A DNA stretch of 52,968 nt, filler included, from Basidioascus undulatus (lineage: Eukaryota): NCBI GenBank assembly GCA_000826855.1. It is 3 parts of 3 records of this genome, joined end to end, with 100 filler letters (N's around TTAATTAATTAA, not from the genome) between each part and the next. Parts side by side here need not be neighbours in the genome. Positions count along the whole stretch, not along the records: positions 35,387 to 52,968 come from JTLS01000525.1; 2 more parts are not named here. One strand, 5' to 3'. Made by a program: the position numbers and the translations under genes. Shown one piece after another: positions 40,218 to 52,968 of the stretch; within the stretch, counting starts at the first letter, position 1, and each line of letters begins with the position of its first letter. Below the pieces are notes generated by a model. It made no database searches, was not told the origin of the DNA, and saw nothing but the letters and a program-made list of their open reading frames with translations.

Positions 40218-40325
40218 ACGCGCTTCCTCTTATTGCATCCGCCCATGTAGTCATGCGGTATCTGTCCGAAGTGGCGTTTTTTGGCTCTCGCTGCGAAGTT
40301 TGGCACACGCACAGATCATGCACAT

Positions 40326-41068
40326 TCAAGATGCATGGGGTTTATCGTGCTGTCGCGCTTCCCAGTTCCCGAACATTGCTCGTCCCGGCGCGCGGCCTGC
40401 AAGACGAGGTTGGAAGCGGACGGGGAAAGAGGCGCAGAACATGGACGGCCCGTCGAGGGATGTCGTTATGTTGAATTCGAGAGAGTTAAAATCCTGTCAA
40501 GACTAAGTCAGATTGGTCCATACGATTGAAGGAGTGAATGAGGAGCGCACGCTGTTGAGTGTTTGGAACGGGTAGCGGTAGACTGCGGGCTGGTTCGCTG
40601 GGATGGGGCAGGCGGTGTACTGTGTACGTTCCAAGACGGTCAGAATACTGGCTGTATGGTAAGATCTCTGACCAAACGTACTGTGCATCCCGAGAAACTT
40701 TGCCCCGAGTACGCGTACGGCCCAAACCGATCGCTACCTGCGCGTAGACCAGCTCGCGGCGCGGTGACGATCCCAGGAGCGCGGGAGATGAAGTGGATGT
40801 CGATGGTATAGTTCCTGCATCTCCAAATACTCTTTAGCCTTCTGAGCCCTGCCTGAAGAACCAGAAAACACACTCCGCACCTCCCACTTTCAAACCGACA
40901 CGGACTGCCCAGCGTCCCGTCCCCACCTTCACAAGGCGAAACATCAATCGAGGTGACCTCCCCGACGCTGGAAGGAGTCGAGCAGGGGGTATAGGAGATG
41001 TTGAGGGCGTGAGAGAGTGCGGGGAGGAGGAGAGCCAGGAAAGCATAAGTTCGTGAGATGCTGCGCAT
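40326..41068 (-). CDS. Secreted ML-domain (MD-2/NPC2-like lipid-recognition) protein, about 4 exons
   Basis: Signal peptide, then YTPC...VTSIDVSPC...SPCRF..GRNYTIDIHF...SGC/QYTACPI...YRYPF.../FNIT...MFCASFPV. The six-Cys ML pattern is present. Confidence 0.75.
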
Positions 41069-41851
41069 CGTGAAAGTCTACTCGTGGATTAGTGGGTTGA
41101 GTGGAAGTGTGTGGGTTGCGCTCAGTACAAGAGTACGGGTCTGCGGAGACCGGCTCGCAATATGGGGGAAGGAGATGAGAAGGGTGCGGGAGAGGTTGAG
41201 TCTGCGGGGCGGTGGCAGGCAGTGTGTTGAAAGCGTCTAGCGCAGTTGAAGTCGTCAGAGGCTGGTGAAGCTGAAACTCCGTCATCGAGCTGATGCTTCA
41301 GAGATGGCTTGATCTGCACTATAATGGCCCCCGGTAATTGAAGAATTTCTGTAAAATATTGGAGGGATTGCGCAGAAATGTTGACCCTTGTAGCAATGCA
41401 AGCGTGGCAGGTGTGCCTCCTGGAGATCGGTGTCCCGAGGATCTTTCCCTGGAAGGTGTCCGAGGAGGATACTTCCACGTACAGTTTCTCATTTAAAGAG
41501 ACATCAAGGTCTATGTTCCGTTTGGAGGTCACTCGACGAGGGGCGTTGCAGATGAGGCCGGCGCCTAGAGTGAACTTCCCTCTTCCTCCAGGATGGATGG
41601 CCTGTGTCGGACGAAAGGACTAGGAGAGCTGCTCAGGCAGTGTGCTTCAAAGTCATTCTATCCAAGATCCGGATGCCTGGGCTAGTTCGAGGTTTCGCAG
41701 TCAGTCCATGGTGACAGTGAAAACTGGTCCTACGAGACAGGCCAGTGTTGGATTAGGATGCGCTCCGTCGCACCCAGGAAAAGAGGAGGAAACGGTGGAG
41801 TGAGGGCGAGATAGGCAGTCGAGGCACTTAAGACGTTATCGGACACTTTCT

Positions 41852-43500
41852 TTACGTTATCTTCCTTATGTTTCCCTCTCCTCGTTCAGTCTTTGCTTCG
41901 CCTCTCTCTGGCACCTTTCCCTCAGTCGCTCGCTTGCGGACGCTGGGACAGGCCACCGTCCAACAGCCAGCAAAACGCCAATCATCAAATGAGCATAGAA
42001 CAAAGTCCACATGTACCATTTCCTGCCGGTCCTTCCTCATCCCGATCCGGCGGCTGACGCACCGGCCCGGTTAGCTGAGCTTCCCATGAAATTGGAGCAG
42101 ACAGACGGAATGGTACCTTGCGCTCCGGCGTATTCGACTGTCTTCCAAGCGTACGAAGGAACAAATGACTTGACTTCATGGCGATCATACGGCGGGAGGA
42201 ACCTGTGCGCGCGCCAATGCGCTTTGACGTCTTTCTCAAAGTCGGAGTAGCGCAAGCACAGAGAGGCAGGGAGGCTGTGCGCCGTGAGCTCCTCCAGGAA
42301 GTCCGCGACGGGCTTCGAAACGCTGGGTAGCTCGAGACGAGCACAACTGCCCGACGAAGCGATCGTGAGAATCTCGGGAAGGTGAGGAATGTCCAAGTGG
42401 ATGGCGTTGAGGTGGAGCACCGAGAGGGGCTGGACAGCGGCGAGCGCGGGTGCGAGCGCAGCGAGGGCACTGGCCGGGACGCGCAGCGAGAGGCCCGCGA
42501 GACCGTACGTCGACCAAAGGGGAAGGACGCTCGCGATCCCGGCCAGGGTGGTTTCGTCTACGGCGGGAACCGGCACCTCCCACAAGATCTCCAGCGGCTC
42601 GCCGCGCAAGTAGCTCATGAGGCTCTCGTAACTCAGGTTGAAGCGCTGGTAGAGCGGCGGGGAGTTGAAGGGCGCGATCGAGATGTGAGCGTGCGTCGGC
42701 TCTACGAAGGTGAGTGAGTGAAGCGCGGCGCGGCTGAGCGGAAGACATGCCGAGTCGATCAGGAGGTAGAGCGCCTCGAGCCGCGTGCAGTGCCGCATCA
42801 GTTCGAACGCGGCGGTGTAGGGCGTGGACTCTGAGATGACGATCGCGAGCGTGCGGATGAGCGGCGCGAGGTCCGGGGCCTGGCAGTGCTGCCGGAAGAC
42901 TTCGCCGCCCCCGGGCCCGTCAACGATGACCGTTCGGAGCGCCGCGCGCCGAGCCGCGACGGCCCAGCGCCGGGACACCTGCGAGAACGCCGTCAGGGGG
43001 CGACGCTTGTGCGGGAGGTGCCCGTACACCAGACGCGAGGGATGCTGCGCGTTGAGGGCCGCGCTCGGAAGGGGGGACGCGGCGAGGTCGAGGATGTACT
43101 CGAGCAGCTCGAGTGGCAGTCTGTCGATCTTGCTGCGGTAGAACGGATTGCTGGTGGTACTGCATGTGAGCATTGCATCGCCCCGGTTCGAGTACTCGTG
43201 TCAGCGCACAATGCTGGTCGCTTTACAACGCAAACAGCTGCGGGGAAGCAGAGGGGTCAACGTTCGGACCTGGCAGTCGCGAATGCTCAACAGGTGGGTT
43301 CGGACCTTGTTTGGGCTCCACCGAGGTAACCGCTGCGTGCGCCAGCTTCAGAGCATCGAACGCGGCCGCTTCCGCATCGCGGGCGAGCTTCCTGCAGAGC
43401 TGCTCGACGTTGACGCGGAGCGCCGGGCTAAGACCCACGAACGCGGAGGGGTTGAAGTGGAAAGTGAGGGGCGCGATGAGCGGGGGAAGCCTGGTGCAGG
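41852..43500 (-). CDS. F-box-like protein (ends approximate)
   Basis: IDRLPLELLEYILDL...LTAFSQVSRRWAVAARRAALRTV...LIRTLAI...CTRLEALYL lies in ORF 43173-42037. Probable additional exons lie upstream (about 43300-43490) and downstream (RRIGMRKDRQ... to stop at 41852). Confidence 0.72.
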
Positions 43501-45783
43501 CTGATGAGTCAGTACGCGACAGGAAACCGTTGCATTCGATCTGAATTACATGAGAGCAGCAGGCAAGAATACAAGGATGCCAGAAGAAGAGATGAGGGCA
43601 GGAACGGAGACAACTAAAGCGGTTCTGGCTGTTACCCGTCTCGCGTCGCGTCCTGTTACGTGTTCAGGTATGCTTTCAGTGGCCTCGCACATGCCTGATC
43701 TCGAGAAGGACCGAGAGCTGCGACGGCACCGATACGTCAAGCGAAGTCTGAGCTATTCGGCAGGCGGGCAGTGCGGACGAGCTATGCGATCCGCAAACGA
43801 AGGGTTTCCCGGTACCAGAAGTTTCATAAGGGGTTCCTGTGGACGCATTGACCCAAAAGCTGGACATATGGGTGCCTCTAAATCGTTCGCATCCTCTGGG
43901 TGAAAGGAGAGAGAACAACGTGCAACGCTGAGCGCTGAACACATCAGTTTTTCCGTGAAGTCGGCCAAGCGTTTCTGAGAATATGCAGGCTTGCGCTCCG
44001 ATATGTAATTATCAATTTAATCTGTCCGAGCGCTTTCTGCGTGAAATACCCAATGTTGCGGAAGCTTGATGCCAGCGGCACATCCACCGGGGCCTGACAA
44101 TACCGGCAGCATACACGGTGAAAAAGACTCTTTTGTCATGGACCATCTTGAGATCATAACTAAATATGATTTCAACATTTCCTTGCTCGCGACTGTGCGA
44201 TCTGATAGAGCGGTGTTACTAAAACCTCTGGCGGTGGCGCCGCACCGCACTGTCACACCGGAGAGGTAGCTTGCTCAATTGTGCTCTCTACCCAATTCTG
44301 CCTCTTGGTGTCCCTTGAACCACTGAATCAGACTTCTGAACCGGGCGAAAGATTGCTACAAGATTGCTACGCAATAATCTGCTGGGCATGCGCTCGTTAT
44401 CGTCCCGTGCGGCGGCTAATTCACCGACGTTGCTCACTGAATTTCATCCTACGCACGGCATAATAATCCCCGGTTGCGCAAGTGCCATGGACGCGAGAAA
44501 GATCTCCCGGTGCTGATGAAGCAACATCTACGCAAACAAGCAGGCTTGCGTTTCACGCAGTCTGCCCCGTCGTCAGCGGGAAAGTGCTCTCCATAATTGA
44601 TGAGGCGCATCAAGCGGACATGAGTGGATGGCCTCTCCGAGACCATTGACCCTACGATTCGGCCGTAAACGTGAAGATCCTCTACGTAAACAGCTGAAGT
44701 GCTGATAATCTATTTACCCGCCCATATTCATAAGCAACAACCGCCAAGCAAAGTTGTCTCGCGTGTGTGGTCCAGCGCTAGCCATAGCGTTATGAGCCCG
44801 CTGCACTTGCCCACCCACTCAAACAGGCCGGACGGGAGGCGTCTGTTGATATAAATGGCCTCGAGCTCAGCGGTGCATCCCAAGCAAGTGCTTTCGAATT
44901 TCAAGAGAAGCCTCCGCAAATCCCTCCGAACGAGAGGGCAGGGCAGAGCGCAGCATTGAGAGCGAAAGTCGGGAAGGTGAAGAAAAGACCGACTGTCTTG
45001 GATTGTCGAACATTCAATAGCGTTTTGTGCAGGAGACAACGCATTCGCAGCCAACGGCACTTAATGTCGATCACTGCGATCGGCCCACGCCTCTGGCGAC
45101 TCGATCGAGCGGCGCCGACTCTTGCCTTTCGCCCGGGAGCTCGGGCGTGGTGTTCTGCGGCAGGGGAGCATGTTGAACATGGGCTTCTTTTGCCAAAGCT
45201 TGACCGTTTGGATAGTGTTGCACCAGGATTCTGGGACGCCCGAGCTCTCCAGATGATGTGAGTGCCGAAGTGCCGAAGTGCTCCGTGGTGCACAGTCTCA
45301 CATCCCGGCTGCTTTTGTCGGGTGCGGGCCCAGCAATTGAGCTCCGTGCCACGCGCGTCGCCGCGTCCCGAACCCACCTTGGATAGTACTGTATTGCCGA
45401 GTCCTTTCCGCGCGAGCCGTTTCACATACGCGCCGCCTCATCCAAACCCCAGAGGCGTCTCGGGATGCGTGTCCGTTACAGTAATGGTCATGCATGGACT
45501 TGGACGGCTCGACACTCCGGCGCCAATCACTTTCCCCTTGCTGAACAAGGTGGCGCACGAACCCGCCGCTGCTCGTCATCCACACACCTATCGGCGGTAA
45601 TAAGCACCCTGGCCTCCCAAATCTCAACGATTCTCTACCTGACTGACGCCCTGTTATACTCTTCCTCCTCACCTCTTCCCCTTAAAACCATCTTCTCATC
45701 CCCTACGATCCAGCTCGTATTTCTATCACTGCCATCTCGCGTACTCCTTTACAACATCATTGCACCATCGGCATCCTACCGCC

Positions 45784-46618
45784 ATGCCCAAGGCAGCGTC
45801 CGCATGCTATCCCACCCCGCCAGCGTCCCCGCGAAGCACCGCGCCGGCCGGATCTCCACTGGCGCCGTACTACCCTCTCAGCGCCCTCTGCGCTCAATTC
45901 ATCCTCCACCTATTCCACATCTCCTCCGAAGCCCTCCCGGACTTCACGTACTTTGTCCAGCACCTCCTCTACCGCACCCGCCTCCCCGACGCCGTCCCTC
46001 TTGCAGCGCTCGTCCTCCTCACCCGGCTCAAGAACCGGTATCCTGGCGCCCGGGCAGTCGGCGGAGAGCGACTCTTCCTTTCGGCCGTCATGCTGGCTTC
46101 CAAGTCCCTCCAAGACTCCACGTACGCGAACCGAAGTTGGCACGAGTGCGTGCGCTCGCAGTTCACCATCAGCGAGGTCAACCAGAGTGCGTCTTCTTGC
46201 ATTTTTCTGTAGTCTCTGGCGCTGTTTGTGGGCTGGAACCGATACTGACTATTAGACTGCACTCACAGTGGAGCGCGAGCTGTTCGCTCACCTCGACTTC
46301 CACATCACCGTTCACAAGCCCGAAATCGAGCTCTTCGTGTCCTCCCTTCCTTCCCCACCATCACCCTCGCCTCAACCCCCCTCCCCCGCTGTCAAGCCCT
46401 TGTTCACTACTCGACCACTTTACAACCCCGCGCCCATCTCTCCGCCCGAGTCGTTAGTTGGCTCTCCGATGTCCTCGTCCTCATCAACATCCCCCGCCGT
46501 AGCGTCTTACCCCGTCCAGTCCACACCCTCTTCCTCTCGATCCCGACCGCCGCGGCTATCTTCATTTCGTGCCAAAGCATTAGCCGCATTATCCTCTTCA
46601 TCCAAACTGTCTCGCTAG
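45784..46618 (+). CDS. Pho85-type cyclin (Pcl/Clg1-like), 2 exons
   Basis: FVQHLLYRTRL...AALVLLTRLK...RLFLSAVMLASKSLQDSTYANRSW...EVNQ/MERELFAHLDF is a cyclin-box signature. Intron 46188-46268; S/P-rich tail. Confidence 0.9.
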
Positions 46619-48339
46619 TTATCAATATCGTAGTTGCAGAGACCGGGCTGGACCCGACGTCCTCGCTGCAGCTGCGCTGCTTAGTCTTTCGCTTCCCGTC
46701 GGCTTCTCCCTGTCCCCGCTTCGCATCTCTTTCGCTCGCCCCATCACGTCGCAGTTATTATTTGTCTCTCACTGTACAACACCGCATTATGTACCCTACT
46801 ATCGACACATAGCTAGCAGGCTCCACCTAATTCGCATCATGCATCGCACACAGTATCGCTTGAAACTGGCCTGCCGTTCGCCGTGTGCAAATTGATTACC
46901 TCGGAAGCGCGGATCAGCGTGGCTCTCGGGGACTCTTGGCTCATCGCGTGGGACTGAACGCCAGCATTAGCGCAGAGACATGCACACTCGCCGAGCTTTG
47001 GTCCGTTTTGCATGGCTGCCGAAGCCTTAGCGCCAATGTGCTGGGTTGCCCCGACCATTGGACGGACATAATTGGGCACCGCCTCGCAGCCGCAGAAGCA
47101 AGCGATGGCCTGCTACTGATCGGTTTCGAAAAGGAGCAAAGGAGCTTTGGCCTTGGGATAAGAGACTGCTTAAGCACCCGTGAGTCACATGTTGTGCTTT
47201 CATTAATCCTGTCGCAGCTGAGCATGAGCACCTGAAGCGTCGGCAAAAGCCCTCCTGACTCTTTACCAGCTTCGGACAGGAGCTGTGCCAACGAAACAAA
47301 CTCCAGGCCAAAAGCCCTCTGGAAAATTGTCACAAGCAGCGTATAAGCAAGATACCAGTGGCTGAGCGAAGCTGCCGAATTCGCGCACCGCAGCCTCGAG
47401 TGCCCTCTGAGCGCGGAGCTCGCTGACCATCGTCGAGTCTGTCCTTGAAAGTTACAGCGCTTTGATCACAGCCTCCGAGCCCAAACAGCTACCAGGACGT
47501 GCTTCACTCCAATAGTAATGCCGACTGCAAATCTTGTTCATTCGGTAGTTGTAGTGAGCGAGGGTCTGTGCGGAAAGCAGAGAGCTAGCTAGCAACCAGT
47601 CTAAAATTGCTTTTGCTCCCGCGCGTTGGCGTTTGCCACTTTGACCGCAACGATACTCGTCTTTTCACGCTTGCAACGACCACTGCAATTGATGCAACAG
47701 CTTCTGGCGCCTCTCAGATGGTCCACCTGCCGGCGGCCGCGCTGTGCTCGTGGACACCTGTGATCCGCCGTTCGGCTTCGCTCCGGGACCAGCCATGAAG
47801 TCTTGTTTCTCTGACGGCGCCCGCTTCCGACTTGTTGAGCAATCTCCTCCGTGGGGATACTGCCAAGTCCGAACCGAGCGTGCGCATGCGGCGATCTGAG
47901 TCTTGCGAGGTGAAGGTCATGCACTCCGAGGTCAGCTCGGGTTCAGCTCCCTGGATCTTTGCATGGTTGTGAAGCACATGTTGCGCTCAGCGCGAGGAGG
48001 GAAGGGCCAAAATCGTCAATGACAAAGGAGTCTTGAGAGCAATACTTCCGGTCAAATAGAAACATAGAAAGACACTGGAGACCGCAGTGGGAAGAGTGGC
48101 TCGTAGGCACGGAGCCGAACTCCATCGGTGGGGTGCGAGCGCGAGCCAAACCCGTCCAGGGTGAGTGGGGAGAAGCATGCGAGATGTGTATGGGTCGGGC
48201 GGGCTTTGGCTTCAGCGAGTGTGCAGGTGGCTGTGTAACGCAACCACGATGGCGACGATCGTATGACTCGCTTTCGTCGATCACTGCTCAGAATGCAACC
48301 AGCATATATCTATTCATTTCCTCCTCATGGACCCACCCG

Positions 48340-49755
48340 CTAGCTCCCCGCCCCCTCTCCCTCCCCCTCTCTGACCCCAAAGAAACCCCCCAGCACGACG
48401 CTCAGCGCACGGCGGACGCCCCACCCGCGCGCGAGGAGCTTCGCAAAGTGCTCCGGGATCGCACAGACGGGGGGGAGCTGGTCGGGAGGGAGGCGGACTG
48501 ACGTTTGGGGGGGGAGGGAGGGAGTCAGCTTCGTTTGAGAATAGTTAGGGAGGATGGGGATGGGGATGGGGAGGGGAGAAGGAAGCCGGACCGTGAGAAG
48601 GGAGGCGGGGGAGAACGGTGAGAAGTGGGACGATGGACTGGTCGGCGGAGGAGAATTCGGGGCGGTAAAGGAGGGTGAGGGAGGCTGTTCTGTGGGTTTG
48701 AGGCGGCCGGGGGTGAGGGGTGAAGGCGGCATGGGAGGCATGGGGCCACGTACTGAGCATTTTGGAATGTGATCGCGTTGTTGGATATCCGTGGGCGGAG
48801 GGCGGGGTATGAGGACTGCAGCTCGGCAAAGAGCGCTGTGCGGTCCGCGAGGAGGGCGCTGAGAGTTCGGAGGGTGGAGAAGAAAAGGGGCAGTGACTGC
48901 TTCGCTATGATGCTGCCACGCGCACAGACACTCATCCACCAATTAATTCTGTTCGCCTGGAAGGAATGGCGTGTGGAAAGTGTACACGCACTGCGGCATG
49001 AACTCGTCCATCTCCCTCAAGCCGCACTCGATCTCCATCGCCTTGACGCGCCCCTCGGGGTGCGCACTGATGAACCGCACGGACCACGCAACAGGCGGGA
49101 GGGGTGCGGGGGGCGCGTACGTGCCGGCGAGGGTGTGTGCGCGGGTGGTGGGCGAGAGGGGCGATTGGGTGGGCGGGTGGAGCGTGAGGGAGGTGAAGCG
49201 GGCGTTTTGGGAGATCTGCGGATGCAGGGGTTGGGTGAGCGTGAGGGAGCGGAAGTTGGGGGAGAGGGAGGGATGGCGTACGAGCTTTTTATGCTTTTCG
49301 AAGAGGATTGAGGGATCGAGTGGGGGGGATGTGGGCGCGGGGGGAGGCGCGGCGAGTGGGTCGAGCGCGGCGAGGAGCGCTACGTCCGAGCCTTCCAAGA
49401 GGCGTTGCCTGTCCCACCCAACCAACGCACGATCACCACACTGCCCTTCAGCAACCCCACAAAAACTCACATGATAGCCTCCAAATCCTCCTCGTCCCAC
49501 TCATCCTCCTCCTCCGGCGGGGGCGCGTCCCCCACGCGGTCCTCGAGCTCGGCAACCTCTTGCTCGAGCAGGGCGATGGAGCGCTCGAGCCTGTCGCGCT
49601 CGGACCTGAGCGTCGAGACTGAGGAGGCTGTGAGGTGGTCTGAGGACGGGTGGGAGGATGGCCGGAAGGGCGTGGGCGAGTCGAAGGATGGGGCGGACCG
49701 CACTGGGCGGAGGGGCGTCAGCTGCCTACGGAGGGCTCGAGAGGGTGGACCTACT
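48340..49755 (-). CDS. Coiled-coil + RWD-like protein, possibly kinetochore CENP-P/Ctf19-like; multi-exon
   Basis: N-terminal coiled coil LRSERDRLERSIALLEQEVAELE, then beta-rich segments, QSLPLFFSTLRTLSALLADRTALFAELQSSYP and a C-terminal IPEHFAKLL..WGVRRALSVVL. The architecture recalls CENP-P; the family call is inference. Confidence 0.6.
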
Positions 49756-50017
49756 AAGTGTATCTGATGGAAGTAATTACGAGGAGGTTCTCTGGGTATC
49801 GATAGGACGTTTGGCCTTCAACAGCGAGCACGAAGGGTGCGGTGGGCAGAACGCAAGCCGCGACGGCGAGGACGCGTCGAATTGCTTGCGCGTCGAAATC
49901 GCACGTGATTGATTGAGTGAAAGTGGCTGGCTTCCTTCGCCAGCGCAGCTGCGCAGGCCACTTTCGTTCCTTCCGCCATTTTGAACACCCTTACAGCCCC
50001 CGAGCAGGGGATCAACC

Positions 50018-51048
50018 ATGGCGCTCACATTCCTGCACCCGATCACTCACAACTTGCCCTTCTTCATCCGCGAGCCAGCAACAGCCATCATCGGCGAGGT
50101 GTGCCATCTCCCTCCTCTCCCCCTCTTCCTTCCCAATCCCCCACTGATCTCTCCCTCCCAGAAATGCTACAACACCCTCATATACGATGCGGATATTTTT
50201 GACGCCGACTGCCTGCGCTTCGCCCTCTCCAAAGCGCTCGGACTGGGCATCGTCCTTGGCGGGGCGATCCTCAAGCTACCCCAGATCGCGATCATCCTCC
50301 GCGGGCGCAGCGCGCGCGGACTCGACTTTACCGCGCATGGGCTTGAAACAGTCGCATATTCGGTCAGCCTCGCGTATGCCGCACAGCGGGGGTACGCCTT
50401 CAGCACGTACGGGGAGAACGCGTTCCTGGCAGCGCAGGTGCGTCTTCCTCCTCCTGGCCCCCTCCTCCCACACCCTCGCACGCTCATACTTGCCCCCCCG
50501 GCAGAACGTCGTCATCCTCTTCCTCGTCCTGTACTACCGCCCCGTTTCCCCGCGCGCCCTAGCGCTCTACGTCCTCGCGCTCCTCCTCGCGGGCGCTGCC
50601 CTCTTCGCCGCGCCCCTCCCGCTCCTCGCGACGCTGTTCAACCTCTCCATCCCTCTCTCACTCTCCTCAAAGGTCCCACAGATCCTCGCGAACCACCGCG
50701 CGCGCTCGACGGGCCAGCTCAGCGCCTTCGCTGTCTTCAACCAGCTCGGAGGGTGCCTCGCCCGCGTGTTCACGAGCGTCACGGAGGCGGGCGGGGATAC
50801 CGCGCTCTTACTTAGCTTCGTGGGCGCCGCGGTATTGAACTGCGTGATCGCTTGGCAGATGGTCGTGTGTCTTTCGCTGCTTCCTCTTCCTTTCGGCACG
50901 GTTTGGTCACTGATGGCGCGGACTGCGGGCGGATGCACAGAAATACTGGGGCCAGGGTCAAGTCGGACCGGAGGACGGCGTCGAGCTGGAGAGTGTCAGC
51001 CTCGGCAGCGAGTCGTCCAAGCGGAACAGCTTGCGGAAACAGGACTAG
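50018..51048 (+). CDS. MPDU1: Mannose-P-dolichol utilization defect 1 protein (PQ-loop), 4 exons
   Basis: CLRFALSKALGLGIVLGGAILKLPQI, FSTYGENAFL, SKVPQILAN..ARSTGQLSAF and GCLARVFTS. Ends RKQD* at 51048. Confidence 0.93.
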
Positions 51049-52276
51049 ATGGGAGAGAGCGGACGGACATGGACTCCCTTTCGTGCGCATACCGATGGGC
51101 GTCGCTTGGCTGGACGAGTCATTCACTGGCGTTTTGCCTCTTGCGCAATATTTTCTCTAATCGGCGAGTACAGGGGGATGCGGGCCAAACGGCCAAATCT
51201 GACAAGCGGACTGCAGGCCTAACCCACATCTGGCGTCCACTCGACTGCGTACCGCTGTCGTTTCTCCTCCAACTCCAACCCGGGTTCGACCCCCCTTAGA
51301 AAACGCTCTTAAATTATTCCAGAGCCAATACTAGCATGGGTAGCTCTGAACTGTGGCTTGTGCGAGTGGATGAGACTCAGACCTGCGAGTTCCTCATTCC
51401 AGTCGCTGCCCAAGGCGAAGCAGGCTGAGGTTTTGAGCAGCGAAGTCTCCGATGGCACGTTATCAAGGGTTTTTTTTTTTTCGTTGAGCACCAGATTTGA
51501 CCATTCCGCCTCTCTTCTTCCACTCCCTGAGAACGCTCAGGCCGCCAGGCGGCTCTCTCGGAGAACAAGTCTTATAGCGTGCATGCCGGGAACTGTGCTT
51601 GCCCACTGCGTTTTGATTGGGGTTATGAGAGAGTCTCAAGATGTAGGCTCTGGCCGGTCAGCTGAATGCTTTGAGGGTCCCCTGCATCGGCATCCCGTAG
51701 CACTGCGGAGTTCCCTAAAGAGCTGTAACGTTGGTGGGTACCTGCCAACCATTGTGGATCAAGCTCAGTAATTCTTACAATTTCAGGCTAGAATAGGGTC
51801 ATGTCTCTGTTCAAGAAGAGTTCAACGATCATGAAGCAACGTCCAGAGGACAGGTTCACCGCGAGCAAGTACACAGCTGCGAACACGGCCGTAAGCGTGC
51901 CCTTACTGTTATTTAAGAACGAATAAGTTATTGTGTTCATAGGGTGCATCAAATACGGACGGTTGACAAAGAAATTTTATACCGAGCTGGCGGCAGTGAG
52001 GCCTGCGTGGCGCGCCTGCAGGGAGTACACCGATTTGTGGCGACCCCAAGAGCTCTTTGTGGTTACCTATTATTTGTTTATCTTCAAGACTTTAAGAGGA
52101 GCATTATTCTCAGAAGATTCACCCAAATCGCTCGGCCTGCGAAGAGTCGAGGCTATGGAATCGAGGCCGCAGTGCCCATCGACCCACCACGACAGACCTG
52201 GTCGCGGTTCGTGAAGGTATTCCAGTACATTTTGAACTAGGATTCGTTGTTTCCAGGGGGCTTAGAAGAGTGAGGA

Positions 52277-52320
52277 AGTCACGCGAAAGGCAGTCACGCG
52301 AAAGGCAGTCACGCGAAAGG
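52277..52320 (+). repeat. 15-bp tandem repeat x3 (AGTCACGCGAAAGGC)
   Basis: Directly visible: agtcacgcgaaaggc agtcacgcgaaaggc agtcacgcgaaagg. Confidence 0.95.
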
Positions 52321-52897
52321 AAGGCGGTAAAAGGAAGAGTCTCGCCGTGAGAGGCTTCGCAGTGTAGAATATTTGGCGCTCATCTAACGCAAGCGCAACT
52401 CGCATCACTAATCCCGCTGACTCGGACTCGCAATTTGTTGTGCGCTTCTTATCGCGTCTTCCCCCGTTCACGCTCTCGCGCTCGTCGGCGCATCGCCTCG
52501 AGTTGGGCAGTTGTAGGGCTCTTAGACAAGAAAACTAAGCTCGTAAGGTCAGTTGCGGGTACGGGGAACGCGCAGGAGCCGCAGGGAGAGCGGGCGGGCG
52601 TACAGATTGGCCTGTAGACCGTAGGCCAACACTGCTCGCGCGGAGCGGGAGAGCTGGAGGGCTGGGTTCTCATACGGCTTTGTTAGGCTTGATTGGGCCT
52701 GAAAGATTGTAAGAATACTTTATGGATGCTGACATTAGGGGTTTGGGGTGGCCCAGGCTGCAGAACGACGCCGGCCTTCTCCCTCGCTGTCGCACAGCAG
52801 TTACATAGGGAGGTTTCGCCTTTAGTGCGCCTGTTTCGTTCTTCTACCTCGCGACGGAGTACCTGCTGAAGTCCCAGTTTTCTGCTCACAGTCAGCC

Positions 52898-52968
52898 ATG
52901 TCTACCCTCACTTCGACCTCCACAACGACCCTCCCCGCCACCCCGGACCCGCCCCCGGTCTTCCTCCC
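52898..52968 (+). CDS. Possible start of a gene running off the window
   Basis: GCCATG context followed by open MSTLTSTSTTTLPATPDPPPVFL. Confidence 0.35.
   Translation, partial: MSTLTSTSTTTLPATPDPPPVFL

Noticed and set aside
43560..45700. Short ORFs in long intergenic stretches (also 46800-48300, 51300-52260)
   Set aside because: No motifs, coding bias or terminal repeats that I can support.
52277..52320. CRISPR-like array
   Set aside because: Contiguous tandem units without spacers, in a eukaryotic context.

Overview
This is intron-rich, GC-rich eukaryotic DNA, most consistent with a basidiomycete fungus (short introns, CTRAC-type branch sites, microexons; a Pucciniomycotina-like lineage is an inference). 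Two artificial 100-nt N/TTAATTAATTAA linkers split the window into three contigs. The ORF track fragments most genes, so I spliced them by eye. Recognisable genes: a secreted FN3/chitobiase-C-terminal-domain protein, Rmt3/PRMT3, two F-box-like proteins, an ACS-family MFS permease, mitochondrial PheRS, a sugar porter, levoglucosan kinase, an MP88-like mannoprotein, a nucleoredoxin-like protein, a RED-like protein, an ML/NPC2-domain protein, a Pho85-type cyclin, a possible CENP-P-like protein and MPDU1. Decayed sequences include an aminotransferase pseudogene, a LINE remnant, two F-box relics and a possible BAH/DNA-methyltransferase relic. The best lead is the head-to-head pair of levoglucosan kinase and an uncharacterised sugar porter sharing a ~1.1 kb promoter with repeated CGGAGT motifs: a candidate fungal levoglucosan uptake and activation module. 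The second lead is the intron-containing FN3 gene, which resembles actinobacterial proteins and may be a horizontal transfer. Family assignments come from motif recognition, not database searches.
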